This document shows positions 9,778-19,623 of a DNA stretch of 64,000 bases, piece after piece; position 1 is the stretch's first letter, and each line of letters starts with the position of its first letter. This stretch comes from an uncultured Candidatus Saccharibacteria bacterium (GTDB lineage: Bacteria; Patescibacteriota; Doudnabacteria; UBA920), in NCBI GenBank assembly GCA_964561085.1, contig CAZLNP010000002.1, forward strand, positions 75,440 to 139,439, read 5' to 3'. The notes beneath the pieces were generated by a model that worked only from the letters and a program-made list of their open reading frames with translations, was not told the origin of the DNA and searched no databases. Made by a program: the position numbers and the translations under genes.

Positions 9778-12719
9778 AAACTAACACACTAGAGTCAGGC
9801 TTCGAGGAATTTATTGAAGAACAACTAAATCAACTGCATAGTTATAGAATTCGTACAGCGAGTGATTACGATAAGAATGTTGCAATGGATGTAGATTTAG
9901 TTGCTGAGTTCATTCAAAAAAGCCAACCCAAAATATGGGAACAATTAGAAGCTCAGTACGGAGAAGATGCCCTTGCTAATACTGTAGAGCGTATCGATAG
10001 AGAAATCACAGAACGTGGTCTTTTAAATGTACTTCGAAGTGGTGTGAGCGACCGAGGGATTCGTTATAGGCTTGCATTCTGGCAACCTCAAAATTATTTA
10101 AATCCACAAACTGTCGAAGAATATGGTACAAATATTCTAAGTATCACTCGTCAGGTGAAATATAGTAATAAGAACGAAAACTGTATTGATATTGTTATAT
10201 TTCTAAATGGTCTACCAATTTTTACTATTGAGTTAAAGAATTTATTTACTGGTCAAGGTGTATCTAATGCGATTCAGCAATATCGTACAGACAGAGACCC
10301 AAAAGAAAAACTTTTGTCTTTTAAACGTTGTCTAACTCACTTTGGTGTTGGTGATCAAGAAGTCCATATGACAACCAAACTTGCGGGTTTAAAAACTCGT
10401 TTCCTTCCTTTTAATAAAGGTAACAACGGTTTAGCGGGAAATCCTGTTGTTGATGGAAAATATAAGACAAGTTACTTTTGGGAAGATGTTTTAGCTAAAG
10501 ACAGTTTAATGGATTTACTAGCTAATTTCGTACAAGATCAAGAAGAAGAAATTGAAGATAGTAAAGGTAAGAAAGTTAAAGAGAAAAAGTTAATTTTTCC
10601 TAGGTATCACCAGATGGATACTGTCAGAAGAATTGTTGCTGATGCAAAAACTTTAGGACCGGGAAAAACTTATTTAATTCAGCATAGTGCTGGTTCTGGT
10701 AAAAGTAATACTATTGCATGGACTGCTCATAGACTTGCGGAGCTACACAATGAACAGAATGAAAGTATTTTTGACTCTGTAATTGTGATTACAGATAGAC
10801 GTATTTTAGATAGGCAACTTTCCGAAACCGTAAATAGTTTTTCTCAGGTTTCTGGCGTTGTTAAACATGTAGAGTCTTCTAAAGAGTTATTAGAAGCTTT
10901 AGAGAAAGGGACTAGAATAATTTCTAGTACTCTACAGAAGTTTCCTGTAATTGTGGATGCTGTAGAAAAAACAGCAGGCAAAAAGTTTGCTGTTATTGTA
11001 GATGAAGCTCATTCTTCTCAATCCGGTGAATCCGCTGCGGACCTGCGCCAAGTTTTAACTTTAGATGATGCGGCTGATGAGGCTTTGCGAGAAGAAAAAG
11101 CTTTTAAAACAACCGAGGATTTAATTGTTGAGAGAATGAAAGCCCGTAAGGTTAAAACCCCAAATATTAGTTTTTTGGCATTTACAGCAACTCCAAAACA
11201 AAAGACGTTAGAGTTATTCGGTACCGAAGATACTTTGACCGGAAAATTTGTGCCGTTTTCGTTGTACTCTATGAAGCAAGCAATAGACGAAGGTTTTATT
11301 CTTGATGTTCTAAAAAACTACACAACTTACGAAACATATTTTGCTTTGTTAAAGCGCATTGAAGATGATCCGGAATATGATAAGAAAAAGGCTCAAAGAC
11401 TTTTAATAGGTTATGTTGAAAAACATGAACATGCCATTGAAAAGAAAATTCAGATTATGGTTGAACATTTTGAGGAAAAGATTCGTAGTACAATTTATGG
11501 GAAAGCTAAGGCTATGGTTGTCACAAAATCACGATTACACGCCGTTCGTTATAAGCTAGCTTTCGATAAATATCTTGCTGAAAAAGGCTATGGTCATAAA
11601 GCTCTTGTTGCGTTCTCCGGAACAGTGAAAGATGATGGTAAAGAATTTACAGAAGCAGGTATGAATCATATACCTGAAAAACAGACACCTGAAGAATATA
11701 AAAAAGATGAATTCAAGTTTTTGATTGTTGCAGAAAAATATCAAACCGGTTTTGATCAACCCTTGCTTTCTGCAATGTATGTTGATAAAAAGTTGAGCGG
11801 TGTTAATGCTGTTCAGACACTGTCGCGCTTAAATAGAACAACTTCTGGAAAAGAAGAGGTTTTTGTTTTGGATTTTGTAAACGACATTGATCAAATTAAA
11901 GAATCATTCCAACCGTATTATACAACAACTATTTTATCCGAAGCGACTGACCCAAATATTCTTCACGATTTAGAAAGAGATGTTTTGAACTTTAAATTAT
12001 TCTCAAACTTTGAAGTTAATGGATTCGTCGATGAATATATGCATGGAGCAACTCCAGACAAGTTAAATGCAATTATAGATGCTGTGGTTGAACGAGCGAA
12101 CGAAGAAAAAAATGAAGAAGAGATTGAAGAGTTTAAAACTTTAATTGCTGATTATTTGCGCAAATACGCTTTTGTAGCGCAGATAGTGACTTTTGACGAT
12201 CCTCAGCTTGAAAAATTGTTTATCTTTTTAAAGTTCTTAATTAAGAAATTGCCGAAGCGTAACGAGCCCTTGCCGTACGAAGTATTGGAAGCAGTGGACA
12301 TGGATACGTACAAAGTACAAAAAACATTAGAGACTTCTGTGGTTCTTGATGACGAAGAAGGAATTATTGAACCTATGGGTGGTGGAGGGACTCATGATCT
12401 TCCAGGAGATGAAAGTGATGCATTATCAAGAATTATTGCAGAAATTAATGAGCGTTTCGGTACTAATTTTTCAAATGAAGACAAAATTATCATCAATACT
12501 CTAAGTCGCAAACTTGTAGAAAATGAAGGCCTAGAAGGTTCGATCAAAAATAATAGCAAGGATTCTGCTAAAATTAAGTTTGACGAGCTATTTCAAGATG
12601 AACTCATAGGAATGTTGAATAATCATTTCGACTTGTACAAAAAACTTGATGAAAACCCTGAAATGAAAAAGTATGTAGGAGAAAGAGTTTTTGAATATGT
12701 GGTTAGACAATTAAAGTAG
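9774..12719 (+). CDS. hsdR: Type I RM restriction subunit
   Basis: D...IELKN nuclease motif, QHSAGSGKS, DEAH, FTATP, TGFDQP, QTLSRLNR. Confidence 0.95.
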   Translation: MKTNTLESGFEEFIEEQLNQLHSYRIRTASDYDKNVAMDVDLVAEFIQKSQPKIWEQLEAQYGEDALANTVERIDREITERGLLNVLRSGVSDRGIRYRLAFWQPQNYLNPQTVEEYGTNILSITRQVKYSNKNENCIDIVIFLNGLPIFTIELKNLFTGQGVSNAIQQYRTDRDPKEKLLSFKRCLTHFGVGDQEVHMTTKLAGLKTRFLPFNKGNNGLAGNPVVDGKYKTSYFWEDVLAKDSLMDLLANFVQDQEEEIEDSKGKKVKEKKLIFPRYHQMDTVRRIVADAKTLGPGKTYLIQHSAGSGKSNTIAWTAHRLAELHNEQNESIFDSVIVITDRRILDRQLSETVNSFSQVSGVVKHVESSKELLEALEKGTRIISSTLQKFPVIVDAVEKTAGKKFAVIVDEAHSSQSGESAADLRQVLTLDDAADEALREEKAFKTTEDLIVERMKARKVKTPNISFLAFTATPKQKTLELFGTEDTLTGKFVPFSLYSMKQAIDEGFILDVLKNYTTYETYFALLKRIEDDPEYDKKKAQRLLIGYVEKHEHAIEKKIQIMVEHFEEKIRSTIYGKAKAMVVTKSRLHAVRYKLAFDKYLAEKGYGHKALVAFSGTVKDDGKEFTEAGMNHIPEKQTPEEYKKDEFKFLIVAEKYQTGFDQPLLSAMYVDKKLSGVNAVQTLSRLNRTTSGKEEVFVLDFVNDIDQIKESFQPYYTTTILSEATDPNILHDLERDVLNFKLFSNFEVNGFVDEYMHGATPDKLNAIIDAVVERANEEKNEEEIEEFKTLIADYLRKYAFVAQIVTFDDPQLEKLFIFLKFLIKKLPKRNEPLPYEVLEAVDMDTYKVQKTLETSVVLDDEEGIIEPMGGGGTHDLPGDESDALSRIIAEINERFGTNFSNEDKIIINTLSRKLVENEGLEGSIKNNSKDSAKIKFDELFQDELIGMLNNHFDLYKKLDENPEMKKYVGERVFEYVVRQLK

Positions 12720-12724
12720 ATAGT

Positions 12725-13555
12725 ATGACACAAGCCCTTCAAATGTTGGTCCCTAGTGGTAATCCAAATGGAATGAAAATAGTAGAACTTGCTGGATGGT
12801 CTGGTAAATGTTTTGTCGTACCTAGGCAAAGCCTTAAAGAATTGAAAGATAGATCAGAAGTAAACCAACCAGGTATATATTTACTTTTTGGCCCAGATGA
12901 GGAATCTATCAATGACCTTGCTTATATAGGAGAATCTGAAAATTTTTATTCACGAATAGCTACCCATGATTCAGGAAAAGATTTTTGGGATGTTGCTGTA
13001 GTTTTTACAGGTGGATTGAATCGGGCATTCGTAAAATATTTAGAATACAAATCTACTCTCCTTGCTCAGCAAGCTAAGCGAATGGTCATAACTAACAAAG
13101 TTAATCCACAAGAAAATACATTATCTGAATTTGAGAAAGTCACAGCAGATCAATACTTTGAAAATATGCAATTTATTTTAAGTGCTTTTAATTACGAATT
13201 ATTTGAAACTGTTTCCGAAGCAATTGTTAGTGATAAAATGTATTTTTTCAAAGCAGGTGGCGTAGATGCTAAAGCACAATTACTAGATAATGGTAATTTA
13301 AATGTTTTGAAAGGCTCTTTGGGTAGGATTAAGGAAGTAGCTTCATTTGGGGGTTGGTCTTTAGCTGCGCGTAAACGATTTTTGGAAGATGGCACTTTAA
13401 TTAAAAATGATGATACTTCTTATCTTTTTACAAAGGATGTTATCTTTAAAAGCCCATCAGCCGCCGCTGCGACAGTTATAGGACGTTCCGCAAATGGTTG
13501 GACTAAGTGGAAAGATGAATTTGGAAATACTTTGGATGATAATTTACGAAAATAA
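12725..13555 (+). CDS. GIY-YIG nuclease with C-terminal DUF4357/RAMA-like domain
   Basis: PGIYLL...AYIGES; C-terminal F.SPSAAA..V.GRSANGW..WK. Confidence 0.85.
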   Translation: MTQALQMLVPSGNPNGMKIVELAGWSGKCFVVPRQSLKELKDRSEVNQPGIYLLFGPDEESINDLAYIGESENFYSRIATHDSGKDFWDVAVVFTGGLNRAFVKYLEYKSTLLAQQAKRMVITNKVNPQENTLSEFEKVTADQYFENMQFILSAFNYELFETVSEAIVSDKMYFFKAGGVDAKAQLLDNGNLNVLKGSLGRIKEVASFGGWSLAARKRFLEDGTLIKNDDTSYLFTKDVIFKSPSAAAATVIGRSANGWTKWKDEFGNTLDDNLRK

Positions 13556-13651
13556 ATAAGTTATGTTTCTAAATTAATCATGCTGAGGGAATCCAATTTG
13601 AATGGATCAACCAATGCCATCATTCTATGTAAATAGGTGTATAATTAAACC

Positions 13652-14290
13652 ATGATAAAAATAATTTTAATTGTAATCGCAGTGTTACTCGTTGTTTGGT
13701 CTTTGTACGGTTATTTTGCTGCTCGAGTTGAACAAGCTGAGTATTCAGTGTTAAGTGAAAATAAAGTTTACGAAGTACGAAAATATCCTGAGCATATTGT
13801 TGCGCAGGCCACAGTATCTGGTGAGTATACAGAATCTTTAAACGAAGGTTTTACTATTGTTGCTGGATACATCTTTGGTGGTAATAAAAAGCAAGAGCCA
13901 ATCGCTATGACTGCTCCAGTTGTAATAGGGAACGAAGAAGATACTTCCACTCCTATTGCCATGACTGCCCCTGTAGTTGCTGGTGGTACTGAGCAATCGC
14001 GCACTGTATCTTTTGTTATGCCAAAAAAATATTCAATGGAAACTTTGCCTGTACCTACAGACCCGAGAGTTAAAATAGTAAAAGTTCCAGAGCAGACCTT
14101 CGCAGTTCTCAAGTTTAGCTGGTGGCGAACTACTTCTCGTATTGAAAAAAATGGCAAAAAGCTCTTAGAAGCTTTAAATACAGATGGCGTGAGGATTGTT
14201 AACCCCGAAGTAAAATACGCAGGATACAACGCACCATTCACTCCACCATGGATGAACAGAAACGAAGTAATGGTAGAAATACAACCGTAA
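13652..14290 (+). CDS. SOUL heme-binding protein
   Basis: YEVRKYP, GF..VAGYIFGGN, duplicated IAMTAPV, YNAPFTPPW..RNEV. Confidence 0.92.
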   Translation: MIKIILIVIAVLLVVWSLYGYFAARVEQAEYSVLSENKVYEVRKYPEHIVAQATVSGEYTESLNEGFTIVAGYIFGGNKKQEPIAMTAPVVIGNEEDTSTPIAMTAPVVAGGTEQSRTVSFVMPKKYSMETLPVPTDPRVKIVKVPEQTFAVLKFSWWRTTSRIEKNGKKLLEALNTDGVRIVNPEVKYAGYNAPFTPPWMNRNEVMVEIQP

Positions 14291-14315
14291 TCAAATTGAA
14301 AGCTTTTTATATCTT

Positions 14316-14768
14316 ATGAAAAAATTTATATTAACAATCGCAATAATTTCGCTTGCAGCATTGGGCTGTAGTAAAACATCTACAGAAAACCAGAGTACTA
14401 ACACAGCTCCTGCACGATTTTCAATCCCACAATCTAAATTAGAAATTAAAGTTGATGGCTCAAGTGACGTAATCAATGAGACTCATATTGAAACTGTACG
14501 AGTAGGGACTGATCCAGATGCTTCTGTTTTGAGAATCAAATTAAATCCAGAAGGTGCACAAGTACTCACTAAAATGACTACCGAAAACAAGGGTAAGAAA
14601 ATTGCAATTAAAATTGATGGAGAATTAATTTCTTCACCAGTAGTAGATAAGCCAATAACTGAAGGAGCTTTTATAATCTCTAATGGTGAATTTACTTACG
14701 AAGAAGCTTTTGCGCTTAAAGAAAAGTTGCAAGGATACCAGGAAGTACCAGCTAATACTAAGAAATAA
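14316..14768 (+). CDS. Lipoprotein with SecD/SecDF P1-head-like domain
   Basis: Lipobox ALGC; EGA......T.EN.GK.IAI.IDG.LIS.P.V...I..G motif. Confidence 0.75.
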   Translation: MKKFILTIAIISLAALGCSKTSTENQSTNTAPARFSIPQSKLEIKVDGSSDVINETHIETVRVGTDPDASVLRIKLNPEGAQVLTKMTTENKGKKIAIKIDGELISSPVVDKPITEGAFIISNGEFTYEEAFALKEKLQGYQEVPANTKK

Positions 14769-14771
14769 ATC

Positions 14772-15311
14772 ATGAGTTCAAATTTAAAAACCGCAGTATT
14801 CGCCGGAGGATGCTTTTGGTGCACTGAAGCAGTGTTCCAGAAGCTTCGTGGTGTGACTGGTGTGTTGCCCGGATATGCCGGTGGTACAGTAGACAATCCA
14901 ACCTACGAGCAAGTCTCTATGGGCAATACGAATCATGCTGAAGCAATTCAGTTTGAATATAATCCCGAAGAAATTTCTTACTCAGATTTATTATCTGTGT
15001 TTTTTGCTACGCACAATCCGACTACTTTAAATAGGCAAGGTGCAGATGTTGGCACGCAGTACAGATCAACAATTTTCTATTCAAGCGAAGAAGAAAAACA
15101 AGAAGCGCAGAGCTACATAGACCAGCTGGAAAAAGATGGTGTGTTTGCAGATCCAATTGTTACAACGCTTGAACCTCTAACAAAGTTCTACGAAGCAGAG
15201 GACTATCATAAAAATTATTATGAACGTAATTCTGGTCAAGGCTACTGCCAAATTGTTATTGGTCCAAAGATTGCTAAGTTAAAAGAAAAGTTCGCGAGTT
15301 TGTTGAAGTAA
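14772..15311 (+). CDS. msrA: Peptide methionine sulfoxide reductase A
   Basis: FAGGCFWC, GYAGG, RQG.D.GTQYRS, AEDYH. Confidence 0.97.
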   Translation: MSSNLKTAVFAGGCFWCTEAVFQKLRGVTGVLPGYAGGTVDNPTYEQVSMGNTNHAEAIQFEYNPEEISYSDLLSVFFATHNPTTLNRQGADVGTQYRSTIFYSSEEEKQEAQSYIDQLEKDGVFADPIVTTLEPLTKFYEAEDYHKNYYERNSGQGYCQIVIGPKIAKLKEKFASLLK

Positions 15312-15315
15312 AAGA

Positions 15316-15335
15316 GCGGAACTTGTTAGTTCCGC
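15316..15335 (-). terminator. Intrinsic terminator between convergent genes
   Basis: GCGGAACT-TGTT-AGTTCCGC perfect hairpin with a T-rich tail on the minus strand. Confidence 0.65.
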
Positions 15336-15363
15336 CGAATAGTATCTTATCTTCTTAGCTAGA

Positions 15364-15831
15364 TTAGCGTCCGGCAGCCTTTGCCATAGCCATTACGGGT
15401 TTGGTTTCCACAATTTCTCCGACTGGATCATCGTCATCGCCATCATCACGATCGTCAGGATCAAAATCAGTCGAGTCGAAAGTGTAAACCGTGAATATGA
15501 ATGGAGTCTGATATTCCTCCATTTCTGGCATTTCTACTTCCTCTTTCGTTATGATGTCCACACTGAGGCCAAGCGGTGAACAAATTTCGTTTAGAGCCAT
15601 ATAGATGGAGCTCTTGTCTTCTTCCTCGTCCAAAAGTTTGATTTGTGCAATTAGATCTTGATCAAGGATTGGGATGTTTAACACATCACGTTTATCGATC
15701 AAGAATTTAGCGTGCTCATCTGAAATATTGACGAGATATAATTCCATGATTCTTTGAACCACACTTGCGATCAAATTCATTCTGGAAAATAGATCTTTCA
15801 AGTTCTCAATTGTAAATGATTTATTGAACAT
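15364..15831 (-). CDS. Hypothetical acidic protein
   Basis: ATG 15831 preceded by AGGAGG; no family recognised. Confidence 0.65.
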   Translation of the reverse strand: MFNKSFTIENLKDLFSRMNLIASVVQRIMELYLVNISDEHAKFLIDKRDVLNIPILDQDLIAQIKLLDEEEDKSSIYMALNEICSPLGLSVDIITKEEVEMPEMEEYQTPFIFTVYTFDSTDFDPDDRDDGDDDDPVGEIVETKPVMAMAKAAGR

Positions 15832-15889
15832 AATTTCCTCCTGCTGCACGTCTAGAATATCACATGCCACTGATTATTGTAAAATCAAT

Positions 15890-16624
15890 TTAAGCTCCAT
15901 GGTTTCCAATCGCAGTGCGCTTTAAATGTAGTAGTAGACCGCCTAGCTCATGTGCTAGTGTGCGGATGTATGTGCCTGAAGAAACTGTAAACTTTACAGA
16001 AATAACTCGCACTTCATCTGTAGGCTCAAACTTCTTATCTATCTCATTCCATTGTTTCAAGATGATCTCTTGTCTAAAGTCACCGTTCACTAAGCTAATT
16101 GAACTAGTAATTTCTGAGTAAATTTTTTGCCAAGGCGTATCTTGTATTTCAATACTTTCAGCAGCCAACACAGTCATCTTGCGCTTTGGTAATTCCTCCG
16201 CGCTAATTTTCCCTGCGCGAGTTAAAAGCCATAACGGTTTTCCATCAATAGTTTTAGAAGAGTAAGGGGGGTAAGAAAAATTATGCGTTCCAACTAAATT
16301 TTTAACCGCAGTGATAAGTTCCTGCGGGTTTTTGTTTTGTAGCTTGCTTTGTTGTAGCGAAGCGAGACCAAGAATGTCGAAAGTGTCGGAAGAAAATCCA
16401 AGAAGAATCTTAGCTTCGTAAGTTTTCGGTAAATCCAAAAATTCTTGTTTGCGATGCACTGCATCTCCTGCAAGAAGAATCAACAAGCCTTCGGCCATCG
16501 GATCTAGCCGTCCTGCATAAGTAATGGGAACATCAGCTAATTCAAGCCGCTCTGATTTTAATTTCTCAATCGCTTGAAGAGGAGTTAGCCCCAATGGTTT
16601 ATAGTAAGGAATTACATTTTGCAT
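15890..16624 (-). CDS. truB: tRNA pseudouridine-55 synthase TruB-like (no PUA domain)
   Basis: YKP.G.T, YAGRLDPMAEG, K.Y, SSGTYIR. ATG 16624 avoids overlap with msrB. Confidence 0.85.
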   Translation of the reverse strand: MQNVIPYYKPLGLTPLQAIEKLKSERLELADVPITYAGRLDPMAEGLLILLAGDAVHRKQEFLDLPKTYEAKILLGFSSDTFDILGLASLQQSKLQNKNPQELITAVKNLVGTHNFSYPPYSSKTIDGKPLWLLTRAGKISAEELPKRKMTVLAAESIEIQDTPWQKIYSEITSSISLVNGDFRQEIILKQWNEIDKKFEPTDEVRVISVKFTVSSGTYIRTLAHELGGLLLHLKRTAIGNHGA

Positions 16625-16703
16625 ACTGCATTGTACCTCAGTAAAGCGCTTCGTGAAAAGTAATATAGAAGTGGTATAATTACAACATATTAATATATAG
16701 ATT

Positions 16704-17108
16704 ATGGATAAAATTACAAAAAGCGAAGAAGAATGGCAAAAGGATTTAACGCCTGAGCAATACGCTATTTTGCGTGAAAAGGGCACTGAGGCACCTGGCA
16801 CTGGAAAGTATGTAGATTTTTACGATGATGGTATGTATCATTGCGCAGCGTGTGCCCAAGCTTTATTTAAAAGTGATACTAAATATGAATCAACCACGCC
16901 CGGTTTAATAGGTTGGCCGGCATTCACAGAAGCTGCTGAAGCTGGCGCTGTCGAGTTGCGCGATGACGATAGCATGTCTATGCGCCGCACAGAAGTTATC
17001 TGCAAAAAGTGTGGCAGTCATCTAGGGCATCTGTTTCAGGATGATTCTTCACCAAATGGACAACATTACTGTATTAATTCCTGCGCATTAAATTTTCAAA
17101 AGAAATAA
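16704..17108 (+). CDS. msrB: Peptide methionine sulfoxide reductase B
   Basis: GTE, CAAC, GWPAF, RTEV.C..C.SHLGHLF.D, YCINS. Confidence 0.97.
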   Translation: MDKITKSEEEWQKDLTPEQYAILREKGTEAPGTGKYVDFYDDGMYHCAACAQALFKSDTKYESTTPGLIGWPAFTEAAEAGAVELRDDDSMSMRRTEVICKKCGSHLGHLFQDDSSPNGQHYCINSCALNFQKK

Positions 17109-17123
17109 AGGATAGAGGAAAAT

Positions 17124-17846
17124 ATGAATAGTGTAATTAAACAATTTCAGCAGGCTATAAAGAAGGCTGGTAGCGCAGAACGCGCAAAGACCTATCAGTG
17201 GTTTTTTAAAACTGGAAAAGGTGAGTATGGTGAAGGCGATTTGTTTTACGGAATCACTGTGCCAGTACAAAGAAAGATCGCTAAGCACTTTTACTTAGAC
17301 CTCACGCTCACAGATTTGGCAAAAACTTTGCAGTCGAAATATCACGAGGATCGCTTCACAACTTTGGAAGCGTTGGTCATGAAATTTGATCGTGCCAAAG
17401 CGCAACAAGATGATAAAGCTCAAAAAGCGATTTATGATCTGTATTTGAAGTCGACCAAGTATGTAAATAACTGGGACTTGGTAGATACTTCGGCTGAATA
17501 TATTGTCGGCGCCTATTTACAAAATAAACCCCGCGCTATCTTGAAGAAGTTAGCAAGGTCTAAAAGTTTGTGGGAAAAGCGCATCGCTATGATCTCTTGT
17601 TTTCATTTTATCCGTCAGAAAGATTTTACCGATGCTTTGCAAATCGCGGAAGTTTTGTTGAAAGACAAACATGATTTAATTCACAAAGCTGTTGGGTGGA
17701 TGCTTCGAGAAATCGGGAATCGTGATTTGAAAACAGAACTAAAATTTTTGGACAAGTATGCCTTGCAAATGTCTCGCACAACTTTGCGTTATTCCATCGA
17801 AAGGTTCCCAGAAAAACTTCGCTTAAAATACTTGAAATTAAAATAA
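17124..17846 (+). CDS. DNA alkylation repair protein (AlkD family)
   Basis: FFKTG.GEYGEGD, NNWDLVD, HKAVGWMLRE.G. Confidence 0.9.
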   Translation: MNSVIKQFQQAIKKAGSAERAKTYQWFFKTGKGEYGEGDLFYGITVPVQRKIAKHFYLDLTLTDLAKTLQSKYHEDRFTTLEALVMKFDRAKAQQDDKAQKAIYDLYLKSTKYVNNWDLVDTSAEYIVGAYLQNKPRAILKKLARSKSLWEKRIAMISCFHFIRQKDFTDALQIAEVLLKDKHDLIHKAVGWMLREIGNRDLKTELKFLDKYALQMSRTTLRYSIERFPEKLRLKYLKLK

Positions 17847-17918
17847 CTTGTTTTATAAAGATTTTATCTGGATTTGATGTGGGTTTTGTTATATTGGATG
17901 TGATATAATTAACGCACT

Positions 17919-18230
17919 ATGTTTATGACCAGCATACAATATAATGAGCTATTTAATTTCTTAGTTAAGCGTTTTGATAGCGTCGACTCGAGACTTGATC
18001 GATTAGAAGATAGAGTTGGTAGCCTTGAAAATAAGGTAGACAGCCTAGAAACCAAAGTAGGTGTTCTAGAGAACAAAATGGGTGTAGTAGAAATCACCCA
18101 AGATTCTATACTTGGTCAATTACAAACATTGAATCAAGAAATGGCTATCTCTAATCATAGAATGGCTCGAATTGAAAACTGGACTATTAAAGCAGCTAAA
18201 AAAATTAATTTACCATATCATCCACAATGA
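17919..18230 (+). CDS. Small heptad-repeat coiled-coil protein
   Basis: RLDRLEDRVGSLENKVDSLETKVGVLENK 7-aa periodicity. Confidence 0.75.
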   Translation: MFMTSIQYNELFNFLVKRFDSVDSRLDRLEDRVGSLENKVDSLETKVGVLENKMGVVEITQDSILGQLQTLNQEMAISNHRMARIENWTIKAAKKINLPYHPQ

Positions 18231-18577
18231 ACGATTTACAAGAAGTATTTAACCGCATTCGCGAAACACGACAGAAAACCAAAGAGATCCGCAAGATGTA
18301 CAAAGATTCACTGATAGCTCATCAGGAGTATCAACAAGTTGTGGAGAAGTTGGACAACTTAAAAATCCGCAAAAAGCAGATTGAAACAGAGATCAAGGAA
18401 GATCAAATGGCTGACTTCCAAAAGCTTGACGCCTACAACATGAATGTTAAAAACGACATTGAATTAATGTCAGACATGGCGTTAAACAAGTTAGTATCTG
18501 GTGAGACAGTTGAAGTTGTTGATGAAGCAGGAGATAAGTACGAACCTCTATTCACAGTAAAGTTCAAGAAATCATAA
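18227..18577 (+). CDS. Hypothetical helical protein
   Basis: Coupled ORF (ATGA overlap) with typical codon usage. Confidence 0.75.
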   Translation: MNDLQEVFNRIRETRQKTKEIRKMYKDSLIAHQEYQQVVEKLDNLKIRKKQIETEIKEDQMADFQKLDAYNMNVKNDIELMSDMALNKLVSGETVEVVDEAGDKYEPLFTVKFKKS

Positions 18578-18578
18578 A

Positions 18579-18959
18579 ATGCCTGGCGGTTTCATTAAAA
18601 TATATCCTACAGTTGATTTACCAAAGTTGCGCAGCTTACTAGAGTTGCGCATTTTGGTACGTAAGTGCATTGCTGAGTCAGAAGCGGTAATTGGCAAAGC
18701 TCCTGCAGGGTTGAGATTCAAACCAATGAAGTCTCAGTGGGGAAGTTGTAATAGCGCTGGGGTCATTGCGCTTAACACGCGGCTCATGTTTTTACCGGAA
18801 CGATTGGTCGCTTACATTGTGCATCATGAAGTAGCGCATTTGAAAATTAGAGCACATGACCGCGCCTTTAGGCAGGCCGTAGAATTATTATTCCCAGACC
18901 GAATCTCACTAGATAGACAGCTCCACGCTGCCGGTCCTATCCTTCGTCAGAAAATTTAA
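18579..18959 (+). CDS. YgjP/DUF45-like zinc metallopeptidase domain protein
   Basis: MKSQWGSC, YIVHHEVAHL...H...F. Confidence 0.85.
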   Translation: MPGGFIKIYPTVDLPKLRSLLELRILVRKCIAESEAVIGKAPAGLRFKPMKSQWGSCNSAGVIALNTRLMFLPERLVAYIVHHEVAHLKIRAHDRAFRQAVELLFPDRISLDRQLHAAGPILRQKI

Positions 18960-18976
18960 CCCTTTTAGAAAAATAT

Positions 18977-19004
18977 AAAACCACAACCATTTGGCTGCGG
19001 TTTT
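18977..19004. terminator. Terminator between convergent genes
   Basis: AAAACCACAACCA-TT-TGGCTGCGGTTTT; pairs fully (with G-U) on the minus strand. Confidence 0.6.
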
Positions 19005-19016
19005 TAAAAATTTGAG

Positions 19017-19529
19017 TTATTGTGAAACTGAGAACATTATTTGTAGAGGAAGACCGTCTTTCATTGCGATGGCATCAGCAGGGTAGGTGTATTTTTTATC
19101 ACCATTATCTACATGGATTACCGCAAAGTATTTTGCTCCTGGTTTAATAGGTGCATTAATTTCTAGATCTTGTTTTGCCCCTACACCTAATAATCCACTA
19201 GCACCAATGCTCTTGCCGGGTTGGCCATTGCTTGTAGATTCATGGATATCGATAAACCCAGGCTTAGAAAGAAATACGTTATCGATTGTAACTGAGTCTC
19301 CAGGAATTTGAGTACTGACTGCGATGGTGTCAGATGTTGGGATAGTCGGATTTGTTTCTGGAGCATCACCAGGAACATCTCCAGGAGGAAGCTCTGTATT
19401 TGTGTTGGCGCTCTGAGAGGTTTCGTTATTCATTTCTGGAGCTATTGCTTTTTGAGCAGATACGTACCAGATCACAGCTCCTAGAATTATTATGACTGCC
19501 ACAATGGCAATAATTACCTTTTGTTTCAT
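19017..19529 (-). CDS. Membrane-anchored surface protein of unknown function
   Basis: N-terminal TM helix, Pro/Thr linker, GF..IH...G..IG and HVDNGD motifs. Confidence 0.75.
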   Translation of the reverse strand: MKQKVIIAIVAVIIILGAVIWYVSAQKAIAPEMNNETSQSANTNTELPPGDVPGDAPETNPTIPTSDTIAVSTQIPGDSVTIDNVFLSKPGFIDIHESTSNGQPGKSIGASGLLGVGAKQDLEINAPIKPGAKYFAVIHVDNGDKKYTYPADAIAMKDGLPLQIMFSVSQ

Positions 19530-19623
19530 ATATTTATATACTTAATACTACTGCTATTTTAGCATAAACTTTGTTCTGTGGGTAAAATTTGCAAATATAT
19601 TTAGATTTTTCCATAATACAGAT

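Noticed and set aside
2588-13555. Autonomous mobile element
   Set aside because: No integrase, transposase, tRNA or flanking direct repeat seen.
13768-14241. Short antisense or alternate-frame ORFs in the track (e.g. 13768-14241, 29309-29683, 32651-32884, 59012-59356)
   Set aside because: They are shadows of well-supported genes with no recognisable motifs.
15890-16801. Extended ORF-track starts (truB 16801, helicase 1052, hsdS 6862, GT4 20001, 62042)
   Set aside because: They overlap neighbouring genes; downstream starts fit family N-termini and -10 elements better.
17919-18230. Nucleotide tandem repeat array
   Set aside because: The 21-nt periodicity is degenerate and explained by a protein heptad repeat.
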